A stretch of 64,000 nucleotides of DNA from Candidatus Latescibacterota bacterium (GTDB lineage Bacteria; Latescibacterota; UBA2968; UBA8231), in NCBI GenBank assembly GCA_965204725.1, contig OZ242005.1, forward strand, positions 3,616,001 to 3,680,000. Reading direction: 5' to 3'. The position numbers and the translations under genes were made by a program. Position 1 is the first letter of the stretch, and every line of letters starts with the position of its first letter. This document shows positions 20,745 to 29,500 of this stretch, piece by piece. A model generated the notes under the pieces. The model worked only from the letters and a program-made list of their open reading frames with translations, was not told where the DNA came from and ran no database searches.

Positions 20745-21747
20745 GCCAACTCAGGCGGGGGGCGACATCTACATCAAGACTATCGCAGACGCCGCGGCTG
20801 AGGTAGAAGGCTCCCACGGCTCCCACCATGGCGGCATTGTCCGTACACAAATCGTACGCCGGGCAATGGAACGATAGGCCGCGGGCCTCCACTGCGGAGC
20901 GCAGGCACTGGCGCAACCGCTGGTTGGCGGCCACGCCGCCGGCGAGGCAAACAGTCGCAACATCGGCTCGATCCAAGGCCAACAGGGTCTTGGCGACTAA
21001 GGCATCTACCACGGCTTCTTGGAAGCTGGCGGCAATATGGGCGAGTTGCTGCGCACGCGCTTGCGGGGTAAGCGAGCGCACGTAGTGCAACACCGAGGTT
21101 TTTAGGCCGCTGAAGCTGAAATCCATCTCGCCCGCGAGGGCGCGGGGAAAGTCAATGGCGTCGGGGTCGCCGTCCACAGCCAGCTCGGCGACGAGCCGGC
21201 CACCGGCCACGGCCCCCTCCTCGGGCAGGAGCCCCAGCAGCTTGGCGACTTTGTCAAATGCCTCGCCGGCCGCGTCGTCGCGCGTCCGGCCCAAGACCTC
21301 GTATGAGCCGAGGGTACGCACCAAGATCAACTCGGTGTGCCCGCCCGAAACCAGCAGCGTTAGGAAGGGGACTCCGACTTGCGTGGCGATCAAGTTGGAA
21401 AACACGTGGGCCTCTAGGTGGTGGACGCCTACTAGCGGCTTATTGCGCGCCAACGCCACCCCCTTGGCCAGCGACAGCCCCACGATCAACGAACCAACCA
21501 AGCCCGGCCCTCGCGTCGCCGCCACCCCATCCACATCTTCCCAGCCAATGCCCGCGGTCGCCAGAGCTTGCTGGACGACCGGGACCAACGCGCGTATATG
21601 GGCACGCGAGGCCAGCTCGGGCACCACGCCCCCATATTGCGCGTGATCTTGCTGCGAGAAGATGATATTGGAATGCACGGCGTACGACTCATCGACGACC
21701 GCGGCGGCCGTCTCATCGCAGGAGGTCTCCAGCCCCAGTACCAACAT
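20737..21747 (-). CDS. tsaD: tRNA threonylcarbamoyladenosine biosynthesis protein TsaD
   Basis: LGLETSCDETAAA, HHLEAH, VSGGHT, DDAAGEAFDK and CTDNAAM. Confidence 0.97.
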   Translation of the reverse strand: MLVLGLETSCDETAAAVVDESYAVHSNIIFSQQDHAQYGGVVPELASRAHIRALVPVVQQALATAGIGWEDVDGVAATRGPGLVGSLIVGLSLAKGVALARNKPLVGVHHLEAHVFSNLIATQVGVPFLTLLVSGGHTELILVRTLGSYEVLGRTRDDAAGEAFDKVAKLLGLLPEEGAVAGGRLVAELAVDGDPDAIDFPRALAGEMDFSFSGLKTSVLHYVRSLTPQARAQQLAHIAASFQEAVVDALVAKTLLALDRADVATVCLAGGVAANQRLRQCLRSAVEARGLSFHCPAYDLCTDNAAMVGAVGAFYLSRGVCDSLDVDVAPRLSWRV

Positions 21748-21748
21748 C

Positions 21749-22696
21749 CTAATAGCTCACCAAATCAACGTATGCCGGCGAGATATGGCGCACCTCAAAA
21801 ACCGACGTCTCCGCGCTATACACCGGTAGTGCATCCCCCTGATACTCGGCGTAATCCACGTATAGCTCTATGTCGCGGGCTGGGTCGAGTTGGGTGATCA
21901 CGCCAATTCCGCCGCGCACCTTGACTTGGGCGGTGGCCGGCTCGGGCCGCAGGCGCGTCTCGCCGACATGGCGCACGGCAATCGGCACTCCAATTAAATC
22001 GTCCTCCGCGAGCATCTGCACGGCGGCATGCACGCGCACGGCTTCGGGCACAAACGCGAGTTGCGTGTGCTCGGGATGCCGCAAGGGCCATTCTACCGCT
22101 ACGTCTTCCCGGACATCTTGCAAAATTAGCGAATCCGTCTCCACATAACGCAATGCTGCGACTTGCTGCTGAGGGCCGATCACCCGCACGAGCGCGGGCT
22201 CGGCTCGTACCGGCGTCACCTGCACGTGGGCCGGTGCGGCCGCTATACTCGCTTGCACCCGCACCGGCACGTCCCGTTCCATTCTCGGCGCTAGGGCGAT
22301 TGCAACTTCTTTTGGTTCGAGGATTTCCTTGACTTCGGCGTCCAAGTCGGCCGCCCGTTTTGTGATTTGGGAAGGGGTCAAACGGTGGATCCGGTCCTTG
22401 CCTTCGGCCCGCAGCTTTAGAACAAAGGAATCGTCGTCTAAGTCAAATAGCAGGTCTTTGCCTCCCCCTGTGACCAAAACGCGAACTGTGGAAGGCACTT
22501 CGCTGGCCAGCACCATATCCCCTTCCACTCCCTCGCCCGGCGGGGGGACTTCAACCCAGAGGCGCACTGCAATTTCTTTATCGTAATACTTCTCTGTTAC
22601 CGCGTGTAGCCACAGCGCACAAGATAGCACGAGTGCGCCGGCCCTGATTCCCCAACTGCTTATACTGATGTTGGCCAACAATGGACCCCATAACAT
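21749..22696 (-). CDS. YbbR/CdaR-like protein
   Basis: N-terminal TM helix (WGIRAGALVLSCALW) followed by repeated P..V.V.G YbbR-like beta domains. Start is uncertain. Confidence 0.7.
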   Translation of the reverse strand: MLWGPLLANISISSWGIRAGALVLSCALWLHAVTEKYYDKEIAVRLWVEVPPPGEGVEGDMVLASEVPSTVRVLVTGGGKDLLFDLDDDSFVLKLRAEGKDRIHRLTPSQITKRAADLDAEVKEILEPKEVAIALAPRMERDVPVRVQASIAAAPAHVQVTPVRAEPALVRVIGPQQQVAALRYVETDSLILQDVREDVAVEWPLRHPEHTQLAFVPEAVRVHAAVQMLAEDDLIGVPIAVRHVGETRLRPEPATAQVKVRGGIGVITQLDPARDIELYVDYAEYQGDALPVYSAETSVFEVRHISPAYVDLVSY

Positions 22697-22700
22697 AAGA

Positions 22701-22731
22701 AGAAGAGGCTCCGCAAAAGGGGGCCTCTTCT
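22701..22731 (-). terminator. Hairpin terminator after the small Zn-ribbon gene
   Basis: AGAAGAGGCTCC-loop-GGGGCCTCTTCT inverted repeat, followed by a pyrimidine tract on the minus strand. Confidence 0.6.
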
Positions 22732-22778
22732 CGTAATCTACTGCTTTTACCGCACGTCAAAAGCGAAGACGGGACCGC

Positions 22779-22973
22779 TTACTTAAACGACCTCTTGATT
22801 TCCTCGCCGATACTCAACTCGCCGTTGTCTATTCGGATATGGTATCCGCAACTTGGATTCATGCAGGCCCACGCTTTATAGTGAATAGCCGCGCCGTCTC
22901 TTCCATAGTCGGAAAGCGGGATTAAAACGCCTTCCTTGCACTTCAAACATTCAGGAAAATCAATTCTTTCCAT
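22779..22973 (-). CDS. Small putative Zn-ribbon hypothetical protein (64 aa)
   Basis: CLKC and CMNPSC cysteine pairs, strong RBS GGAGGGAGG and its own terminator. Confidence 0.75.
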   Translation of the reverse strand: MERIDFPECLKCKEGVLIPLSDYGRDGAAIHYKAWACMNPSCGYHIRIDNGELSIGEEIKRSFK

Positions 22974-23055
22974 CCGACCCTCCCTCCAGTTTTAGCGTAT
23001 AATTCATTCTAGGGAACTACGCTTTCGTTCAATGTAATCGGGCCGCCCTACTATG

Positions 23056-23541
23056 TCAATTAACGGGGGATCGCATTTGCCCAAGATGCGCGGCGTATTC
23101 ATAGACAGCTCGTTCTTGGGCGGCTGTTTCTACCGACCCGGGGCGCAGGTTCCGCACCTGCGCCAAGGCGGCCGCCGCGCTGCTGCCCATCCTCACCAAA
23201 TAACTCGCCAACATCGTGCCCGTGCGCCCCAACCCCGCGCTGCAATGGACCATCACGGGCCGTCCCTGCTCGACCGCCTTATCGACGAATTGGACAAACG
23301 CCCGTATATCCCTGAGCGAAGGCGGCTGCATATCTCGTATGGGCAAGTGCAAGTACTCCATATTGCGCGCCGCCACCTCACTCGGCTGTAGCGCATCCGC
23401 AGTCAGCGACACAATCGCCTGTACGCCCTGCGCCGCCAGCAAATCGAGATCGTCCTCTAGCTGCTCGTCCCCCTCCCAACCACCGATCTGCCCAGCGCCT
23501 GCCAGCCGACCTTCTAACAGCCAACCAAAATTGAACACCAT
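23056..23541 (-). CDS. Dual-specificity / protein-tyrosine phosphatase family protein
   Basis: HLPIRD general-acid loop, VHCSAGLGRTG (CX5R) and RPGSVET. Confidence 0.9.
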   Translation of the reverse strand: MVFNFGWLLEGRLAGAGQIGGWEGDEQLEDDLDLLAAQGVQAIVSLTADALQPSEVAARNMEYLHLPIRDMQPPSLRDIRAFVQFVDKAVEQGRPVMVHCSAGLGRTGTMLASYLVRMGSSAAAALAQVRNLRPGSVETAAQERAVYEYAAHLGQMRSPVN

Positions 23542-23542
23542 A

Positions 23543-23971
23543 CTAACACCCCTCGTAGGCTCCCTGCGGCCCTTCAACCCAACTCTCACCCTCGACCCCC
23601 ACTTCCTTCTTCCATATTGGCACGATCTGTTTGAGCCGATCAATGGCGTACTGACACGCGGCTAGGGCCTCGGCCCGATGGGGGCTAGCCACGGCAATCA
23701 ACACACTGATCTCCCCGATTTCGAGCTTCCCCACTCGGTGAATCATCGCAACATCCACGACGCCCCACCGCGCCTTTAGCTCGTCGCCAATCGCCGCCAT
23801 CTTCTTCTCGGCCATAGCCGGATACGCTTCGTACACCAAGTAATCGGTTTGCTTGTCCCCGGAGTGATTGCGCACGACCCCGGCAAACGTGGCCACCGCA
23901 CCATTTTCATCGCGCACCACATGGACAAACAAAGCACCGGGTTCAATCGGCTCTTCGGTAATTCTGAACAC
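23543..23971 (-). CDS. moaE: Molybdopterin synthase catalytic subunit
   Basis: GAVATFAGVVR, YEAYPAMA, HRVGKL and PIWKKE. Confidence 0.94.
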   Translation of the reverse strand: MFRITEEPIEPGALFVHVVRDENGAVATFAGVVRNHSGDKQTDYLVYEAYPAMAEKKMAAIGDELKARWGVVDVAMIHRVGKLEIGEISVLIAVASPHRAEALAACQYAIDRLKQIVPIWKKEVGVEGESWVEGPQGAYEGC

Positions 23972-23972
23972 C

Positions 23973-24218
23973 TCAGCCCCCACTTACCGGCGGAATAAGA
24001 GCCACCTCGTCGCCCGCTTTTAAGACGGTGTGCTTTCCCGCGTACTCGGAATTGACCGCAATCGACAACACCTGCTGCACGGCACCGAGTTGCGGATACG
24101 CGGCCACGAGCTCCCGCTGCAAATCCGCGACCCGGTAGCCTGCCGAAATTTCCCAGTCGCAGCTTCTGTGGCCGACTGCATCGCGGCAGGAAGCAAAAAA
24201 CAAGACCCTGATTTTCAT
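23973..24218 (-). CDS. moaD: Molybdopterin synthase sulfur carrier
   Basis: MKIRVLFFA...AVNSEY...GDEVALIPPVSGG. Confidence 0.94.
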   Translation of the reverse strand: MKIRVLFFASCRDAVGHRSCDWEISAGYRVADLQRELVAAYPQLGAVQQVLSIAVNSEYAGKHTVLKAGDEVALIPPVSGG

Positions 24219-24264
24219 ATCCAAGTACAATAACGCCGCGGCCTTGTACAACAGGCCGTGACAG

Positions 24265-24299
24265 AAAAAGGAAATGGGACCCTTTTGAGGCCCCATTTC
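24265..24299 (-). terminator. Rho-independent terminator of the surface-protein operon
   Basis: Minus strand reads GAAATGGGGCC-tcaaaag-GGTCCCATTTC followed by CTTTTT. Confidence 0.75.
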
Positions 24300-24341
24300 A
24301 CGTACTAACTACTGCTGTTGTCCACCTAAGTAAGTAAGGAA

Positions 24342-26387
24342 CTACCTGAGCAGCACCATCTTGCGCTTAGCCACGTAATCGCCGGCACGGAGCAAGTAAA
24401 AATACATGCCGCTGGCGACACGAGCACCGCTTTCGTTCCGGCCATCCCATACGGCTTGGTACTGACCTGCGGCCAGCGCCTCGCCGTCAACCAGCAGGCG
24501 CACGACCTGACCCGCGATGTTGTAAACCGCCAAGGAGACGATAGCGTCGCTGCTCAGATCGTAGCGAATCGTGGTTTCTGGATTGAAAGGGTTGGGATAG
24601 TTCTGACCCAGGGAATTGGCCAAAGGCACGGCCGCTAGCGGCTTGGCAGCAGCCCAAGCCGCACTGAAGTCAACCGCCAAGTTGAGGGTCTTGCCAGCAG
24701 CATTCTCAGTGATGGTACTCGCCTGAATGCTGAGGAAAGACACGACCTCGGCGTCAACCTCAATGGACGAATTGCCGGCCGCATCGGTGGTAGTCCGCAA
24801 GAACGCGCTACCGCCGGAGGGAATCGTGCCGATGCCGATCACAGACACCGACTGGGCACTCCGGTTGTAGAGGTCCCACGAGACGAGTTGACCCTCACCC
24901 GGATCGCCCCAGCGATCGGTGAAATGGACCGAGTACGCAATCTCACCGGGGCTGCCGTCATCAACCGCTCCCGTCTCGGCTCCAGAAATCAACGCGTTGC
25001 CAACGAGCGGCGCCGTGGCCACCAGCGTCGGATCCGGCCGGTTGAGGTACACGCTGAGACCCAACAACTCGGCATCCAAGGCATCGCGCATATCGGACGC
25101 CGACCCGAGCGATACGCTGTGGACCACAATCTCGGCCTCGGTCTCTTTGCTAAAATCGTCCGCTGTGACGAGGGTGAACGCCCCCAGCCCGCCATCGCCA
25201 TCTACGGCGGCATCAATCACCACCGCGCCGCCCTGCACCTCGGCCGCGGCAACTTCCACGGCCGGGGCCGACAGGTTAAACGCATCGGAACCCGCAAACG
25301 TGGTGGCCGCTAGGTCAAAGGCATCGGCCGGCGACACGCTCAGGGTAACTGCAACCTGCTCTACGCCGACTAGCCCGGCCGCCGACAGCACCACCGGGAT
25401 TTGTTCCCCCGCACCCGCGACTATCTCGGCCGCGCTATCGAGGGAAACCTGCGAGACAAACATCAATTGGTCGGCATCCGGCACCGCCCAAGTGGCGTTG
25501 AAGTCAACCGCTAGGTCGCTAGACTCACCGGCCGAATTCCCCGCGGTCGTGCGGGCTCGCACACCGAGCGACGTGGCCGCCGCTTTTAGGTTGCCCTCGC
25601 TATCAAACTGAATGGCCGTATTGCCGGCCGCATCGGTCACACTCTGTAGGCTTACACTCACCCCAGAGGGCACCTCCGCAACTCCGAGCAGATAGACCGA
25701 CTTAGGCCCATCATTGGTGATGTCCCAAGCAATGGCCTGGCCCTTGGTCGGCCTTCCCTTATAGTCCGTGAGATTGACCGCGAATTCGAGTTCGCCCGGG
25801 CTACCATCGGCCACCGCGCCCGCGCCGACTGGAGAATAGGCTGGATTCGCAGCAACCGACGAAGTGGCTACTAGTGCCGGCTGGTACACCGGCAGATTGA
25901 CGATCAGTTTAAGCCCCAACGGCTCGAGGACATCCCGGTCCACAGACGACGACCCCAAGGACACGCTAATCACCACAACCGCCCCAGAGTCACTTTGGCT
26001 AAAACTACTCGACGTCGTGATGGTAAAAACACCCAAAGCACTATCGCCATCTATGGTCTCACCGAGAGTAGCCACACCGCTTTTGATCTGCCCACCCCCT
26101 AGCAATTCCACGCCGGGCGAAAAGCCAAAAGCCGGGGTAAAGGTCGTCGCCTCCAGATCAAAGGCGTCAGCCGGCGATGCCGTCAGGGTAACTTCAAACT
26201 GCTTGACCCCGACCATCCCAGCAGCCGATAGGGCCACCTGAATTTGTTCGCTAGAACCAGCGGCGACATGCTCCCCACTGTCCAGCGAAATGACGACATT
26301 CGCGTTGTCCCCGGCGATAGCGGTGCCACAAAGTGCGAGCAACAGGGAGATGGCAAGAGGCAACATCTTGCGCACGCTGTTCTGCAT
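24342..26387 (-). CDS. Secreted acidic protein: (cohesin-like + Ig-like) x2 plus a FlgD/T9SS-like C-terminal domain
   Basis: Signal peptide. Internal duplication of about 280 aa (SLDS...SPADAFDL..TTF; DGSPGE...TDAAGN...LAVDF.A.WA). C-terminus NYPNPFNPETTIRY...WDGRNESG..VASGMYFY...KMVLLR. Confidence 0.85.
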   Translation of the reverse strand: MQNSVRKMLPLAISLLLALCGTAIAGDNANVVISLDSGEHVAAGSSEQIQVALSAAGMVGVKQFEVTLTASPADAFDLEATTFTPAFGFSPGVELLGGGQIKSGVATLGETIDGDSALGVFTITTSSSFSQSDSGAVVVISVSLGSSSVDRDVLEPLGLKLIVNLPVYQPALVATSSVAANPAYSPVGAGAVADGSPGELEFAVNLTDYKGRPTKGQAIAWDITNDGPKSVYLLGVAEVPSGVSVSLQSVTDAAGNTAIQFDSEGNLKAAATSLGVRARTTAGNSAGESSDLAVDFNATWAVPDADQLMFVSQVSLDSAAEIVAGAGEQIPVVLSAAGLVGVEQVAVTLSVSPADAFDLAATTFAGSDAFNLSAPAVEVAAAEVQGGAVVIDAAVDGDGGLGAFTLVTADDFSKETEAEIVVHSVSLGSASDMRDALDAELLGLSVYLNRPDPTLVATAPLVGNALISGAETGAVDDGSPGEIAYSVHFTDRWGDPGEGQLVSWDLYNRSAQSVSVIGIGTIPSGGSAFLRTTTDAAGNSSIEVDAEVVSFLSIQASTITENAAGKTLNLAVDFSAAWAAAKPLAAVPLANSLGQNYPNPFNPETTIRYDLSSDAIVSLAVYNIAGQVVRLLVDGEALAAGQYQAVWDGRNESGARVASGMYFYLLRAGDYVAKRKMVLLR

Positions 26388-26434
26388 GGTTGCTTCTCCT
26401 TCTATTGTAATCGGAACCCGTTGATTTATATAGT

Positions 26435-26473
26435 GAAATGGGACCCCAAATTTGAGGTTTGAGGTCCCATTTC
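26435..26473 (-). promoter_or_regulatory. Intergenic stem-loop without a U-tract, homologous to the 24.27-kb terminator stem
   Basis: GAAATGGGACC...GGTCCCATTTC perfect 11-bp stem; followed on the minus strand by ACTATATA rather than a U-run. Confidence 0.6.
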
Positions 26474-26502
26474 TCTAACGCGCTGTGCAGTAGTAGGGTC
26501 GC

Positions 26503-29500
26503 TTACTTGAGCAACAGCATCTTCTTGACTTGGCGGAACGAATCGCCCGCCTGCAAGCGGTAGAAATACATCCCCGACGACACACTGTACCCGCGGTCAT
26601 CGGTCGCGTCCCACTCTACCACATAACGACCTGCGCTCTGCGCCTCAGCTACCAGCGTCCGAACCGGCTGACCAACCACGTTATACACGGTCAGTTCCAC
26701 GTCCGCAGCCTGCGGCAACGCATACCGAATCGTCGTCGCCGGGTTGAACGGGTTCGGGTAGTTGTCAACCAGCGAAAAGACTTCCGGCCGCGTCTGCAAC
26801 GACACCGGCACCGGCAGTGCCAGTCGGTTGATAGCCAATGCGCCGTCGGCCAACTCGCTGGCGGTAATCTCAACGACCGTGTTCTCGATCTCGGTCGCAG
26901 CGCGGAACACCAAGTGCAACCCGACTTCGCCATCGGACAACACCTCGCCGTGCGCCGCCAGCGTCAACACCCCGCCCGCGTCGGACAACACCTGCGGAGA
27001 GGCCAACTCACCACCGCCCAACGGACGATCGGTTGACACCTCGACAAACGTCAGCTTGTCGGCCTCATACTGCACCTGCAAGCCGTAGCCCTGCACCTCG
27101 ACGAAATCCGCCAACCGCACGTCGAGCACGAAGTCTTCACCCACGCTCGGCAGTGCCGTCTGCGCCGCCAGATACAACCGCGCATCCGCATTCAAACCGG
27201 CCTGCATGGGTACGCGCTTGGCAGCGCCGCCCGTGCTGCGGCCAAAGTTATCGGCAAAGACGAAGAAGTCGTCGAAGTCGATCTGCGGCTGAGCACTCGA
27301 CACGAGGTCAAACGCCGGGTCAAACGCCGGATCCTCGGCCGTCAAACCGAACATATCGGCCAAGAGGAAGAAGTCGTCGAAGCCAACGCGGTTGTCCGCG
27401 CCGAACAGACCATACAGCACCCGGCCTTCGCTATCGACAACTTGGTTGCGCACGGCCAGCGCCGTCTGCTCAACCGAAGCCGTCTCGTTGTCCGCGTCGT
27501 AGGCACGCACCTGATAGGTATAGCGCACGCCGTTGAGCGCCGTTTCATCGACAAACGACGTAGCCCCAGCATTGACCCGCCCGACTAAGACGAACTCGTC
27601 GGAACCCGCAGCTTGGCGATAGATGCCGTAGCCATGGACGCCAGCGACAGGCGAGGCCGCGGCCGGACCTAAGGCCCCGGCAACGACGCCCTGCAACAAC
27701 TGATCCGAAGGCGACAGCGCCCACGTCAGCGCGATGCGACCGCCGGCGTCGCCGGGCGCGTCCAATACCTGAAGCGTCGGCACTGCTACCGGAGCGATGT
27801 TGTCGATAGCGCGCACTGCCTCTTCCGTAATGGTCAGGGCTGAACGCTCAGTCCCCGCGGCAACGAGATTGAACTTGGGAGCCACACCCTCGGCGAAAGC
27901 GAGGGCTTCCGGCAGCAGCGCGGCGAACACCGGCGCGTCACCGGCTTGGGCCGCCTCGCGGCTGGCCAGTAGCGTCTCGGCCATCTGCTCGTAGGCGTGA
28001 TTCACCGCGTCGGCGCGGACAAACGCAGCCTTAGCCGCGCCGTGCGTGGTCAGATTACCGCGCTCGGCCGCAATGCCCCAGTTGGTCTCAGCATTGTCGA
28101 GCGTCGCAACGATGGCGCGGGCGATAGAAACTCCCGGTACTGCATCCACCATCGCCCAAGGCATCATCTCGCCACCCAGCGCGGGCATTTCGCGAAAGAC
28201 GCGATAGCCATCAAGCGTGGCGTGATCGGCCGACAAGTCCCACGTCAGCAGGACGAAGCCGCCTTGGTCTCCCGAACCGTCAGCACCCGTGTAGTCTTGG
28301 GCTACGACCGCGTCCGGTGCGTCCAAAGAAGGCGGCACGACCGCGAAGTTGAACGGCACGGAACTCGAAGCACCTGCGGCGTCCGTAACCGTGTAGGTTA
28401 CTTCGACCGATCCGTCGGTGACCGCGTCGGGCGTACCCGAAATCGTCCGCGTGGCCGGGTCAAACGACAGGCCCGCCGGCAGCCCCGACACGCTATACGT
28501 CAGCGGCGGGGTGCCGCCCATGACCTCGGGCAGCGTCAGCGTGTACGACTCACCAACGACAGCCCGGATAACTCCGTCCTCCTCGTGATTAGTCGCGGGA
28601 TTGGCCTTGCCAGCACCCTCACCTTCGAGGAACATGCCAAAGAGTCCGCTCAGATCGAGTTCGTCGAGCGGTGCATTGACCGTGATGGAGAAGGTCAGGG
28701 TTACGGTCGCTTCGCCAGACGTCGCCGTGTAGGTGACTTCGACTGCTCCGTCGCTGGCCGCTTCGGGCGTACCCGAAATCGTCCGCGTGTCTGCGTCAAA
28801 CGACAGACCCGCCGGCAGTTCGGAGACGCTATACGTAATGTCGCCCGTACCGACCGATGCCTCCGGCAGTACCATGTCGGCAATCGCCGTACCAGCGGTG
28901 TACTCCTGATCATCAACAGAAGCTCCCTCGGCAAAAGCGAGCGGTTCCTCTCCCGGCTCAGGTGGCCCAGGCGTGTGATCGGAGATGGTGATTTGGGCGG
29001 AGCCGCTCGTCAGGCCCGGAGTCGATGCGGTGAGCGTGATCGTCTCGTTGCCCTCGTCAGCGGTGTCGGCCGTCGGGTCGATCAGCAAAGCAGCCGAACC
29101 GGACGTCGAACCAGCCGCAATCGTCAGCAGCGGATTGAACAGCGCCGAATAATCCACATCGCGGGTAGCCGCCGAATTTGGATCAACGGCAATGGTTACG
29201 ACCGCGTCCTCGTCCAACACCTTGCCGTCCAAGGTCGCCGTGAGCGTAACCTCGGTCACCGCAGCGTCCTCGCTTAAGGTGTGCGGCGACGCCGACAGCG
29301 AGACAGACGTACTCGGCGTTTCGTCGTCGGCAATTTTGATGTCCGTCTGCGCCGAGCCACCCGAAGCCGACGCCTGCACCCCAAAGTACTTATTGCCATC
29401 GACTGCATCGTTGTCGAGGGGGGTGAGGTTAAGCATCGTGCTTCCTTGGAGATCGCCAGCCGCAACGACGACCGATCCACCTAATGCTGCGGTGTAATCG

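Noticed and set aside
23056-23541. CX5R phosphatase as the partner pArg phosphatase of McsB
   Set aside because: It is DSP-type rather than the LMW-PTP type of YwlE, lies 13 kb away, and is coupled to moaDE; no evidence of a link.
27997-29277. 426-aa Arg-rich plus-strand ORF
   Set aside because: Antisense shadow of the 1809-aa gene; its repeats only mirror the He_PIG repeats.
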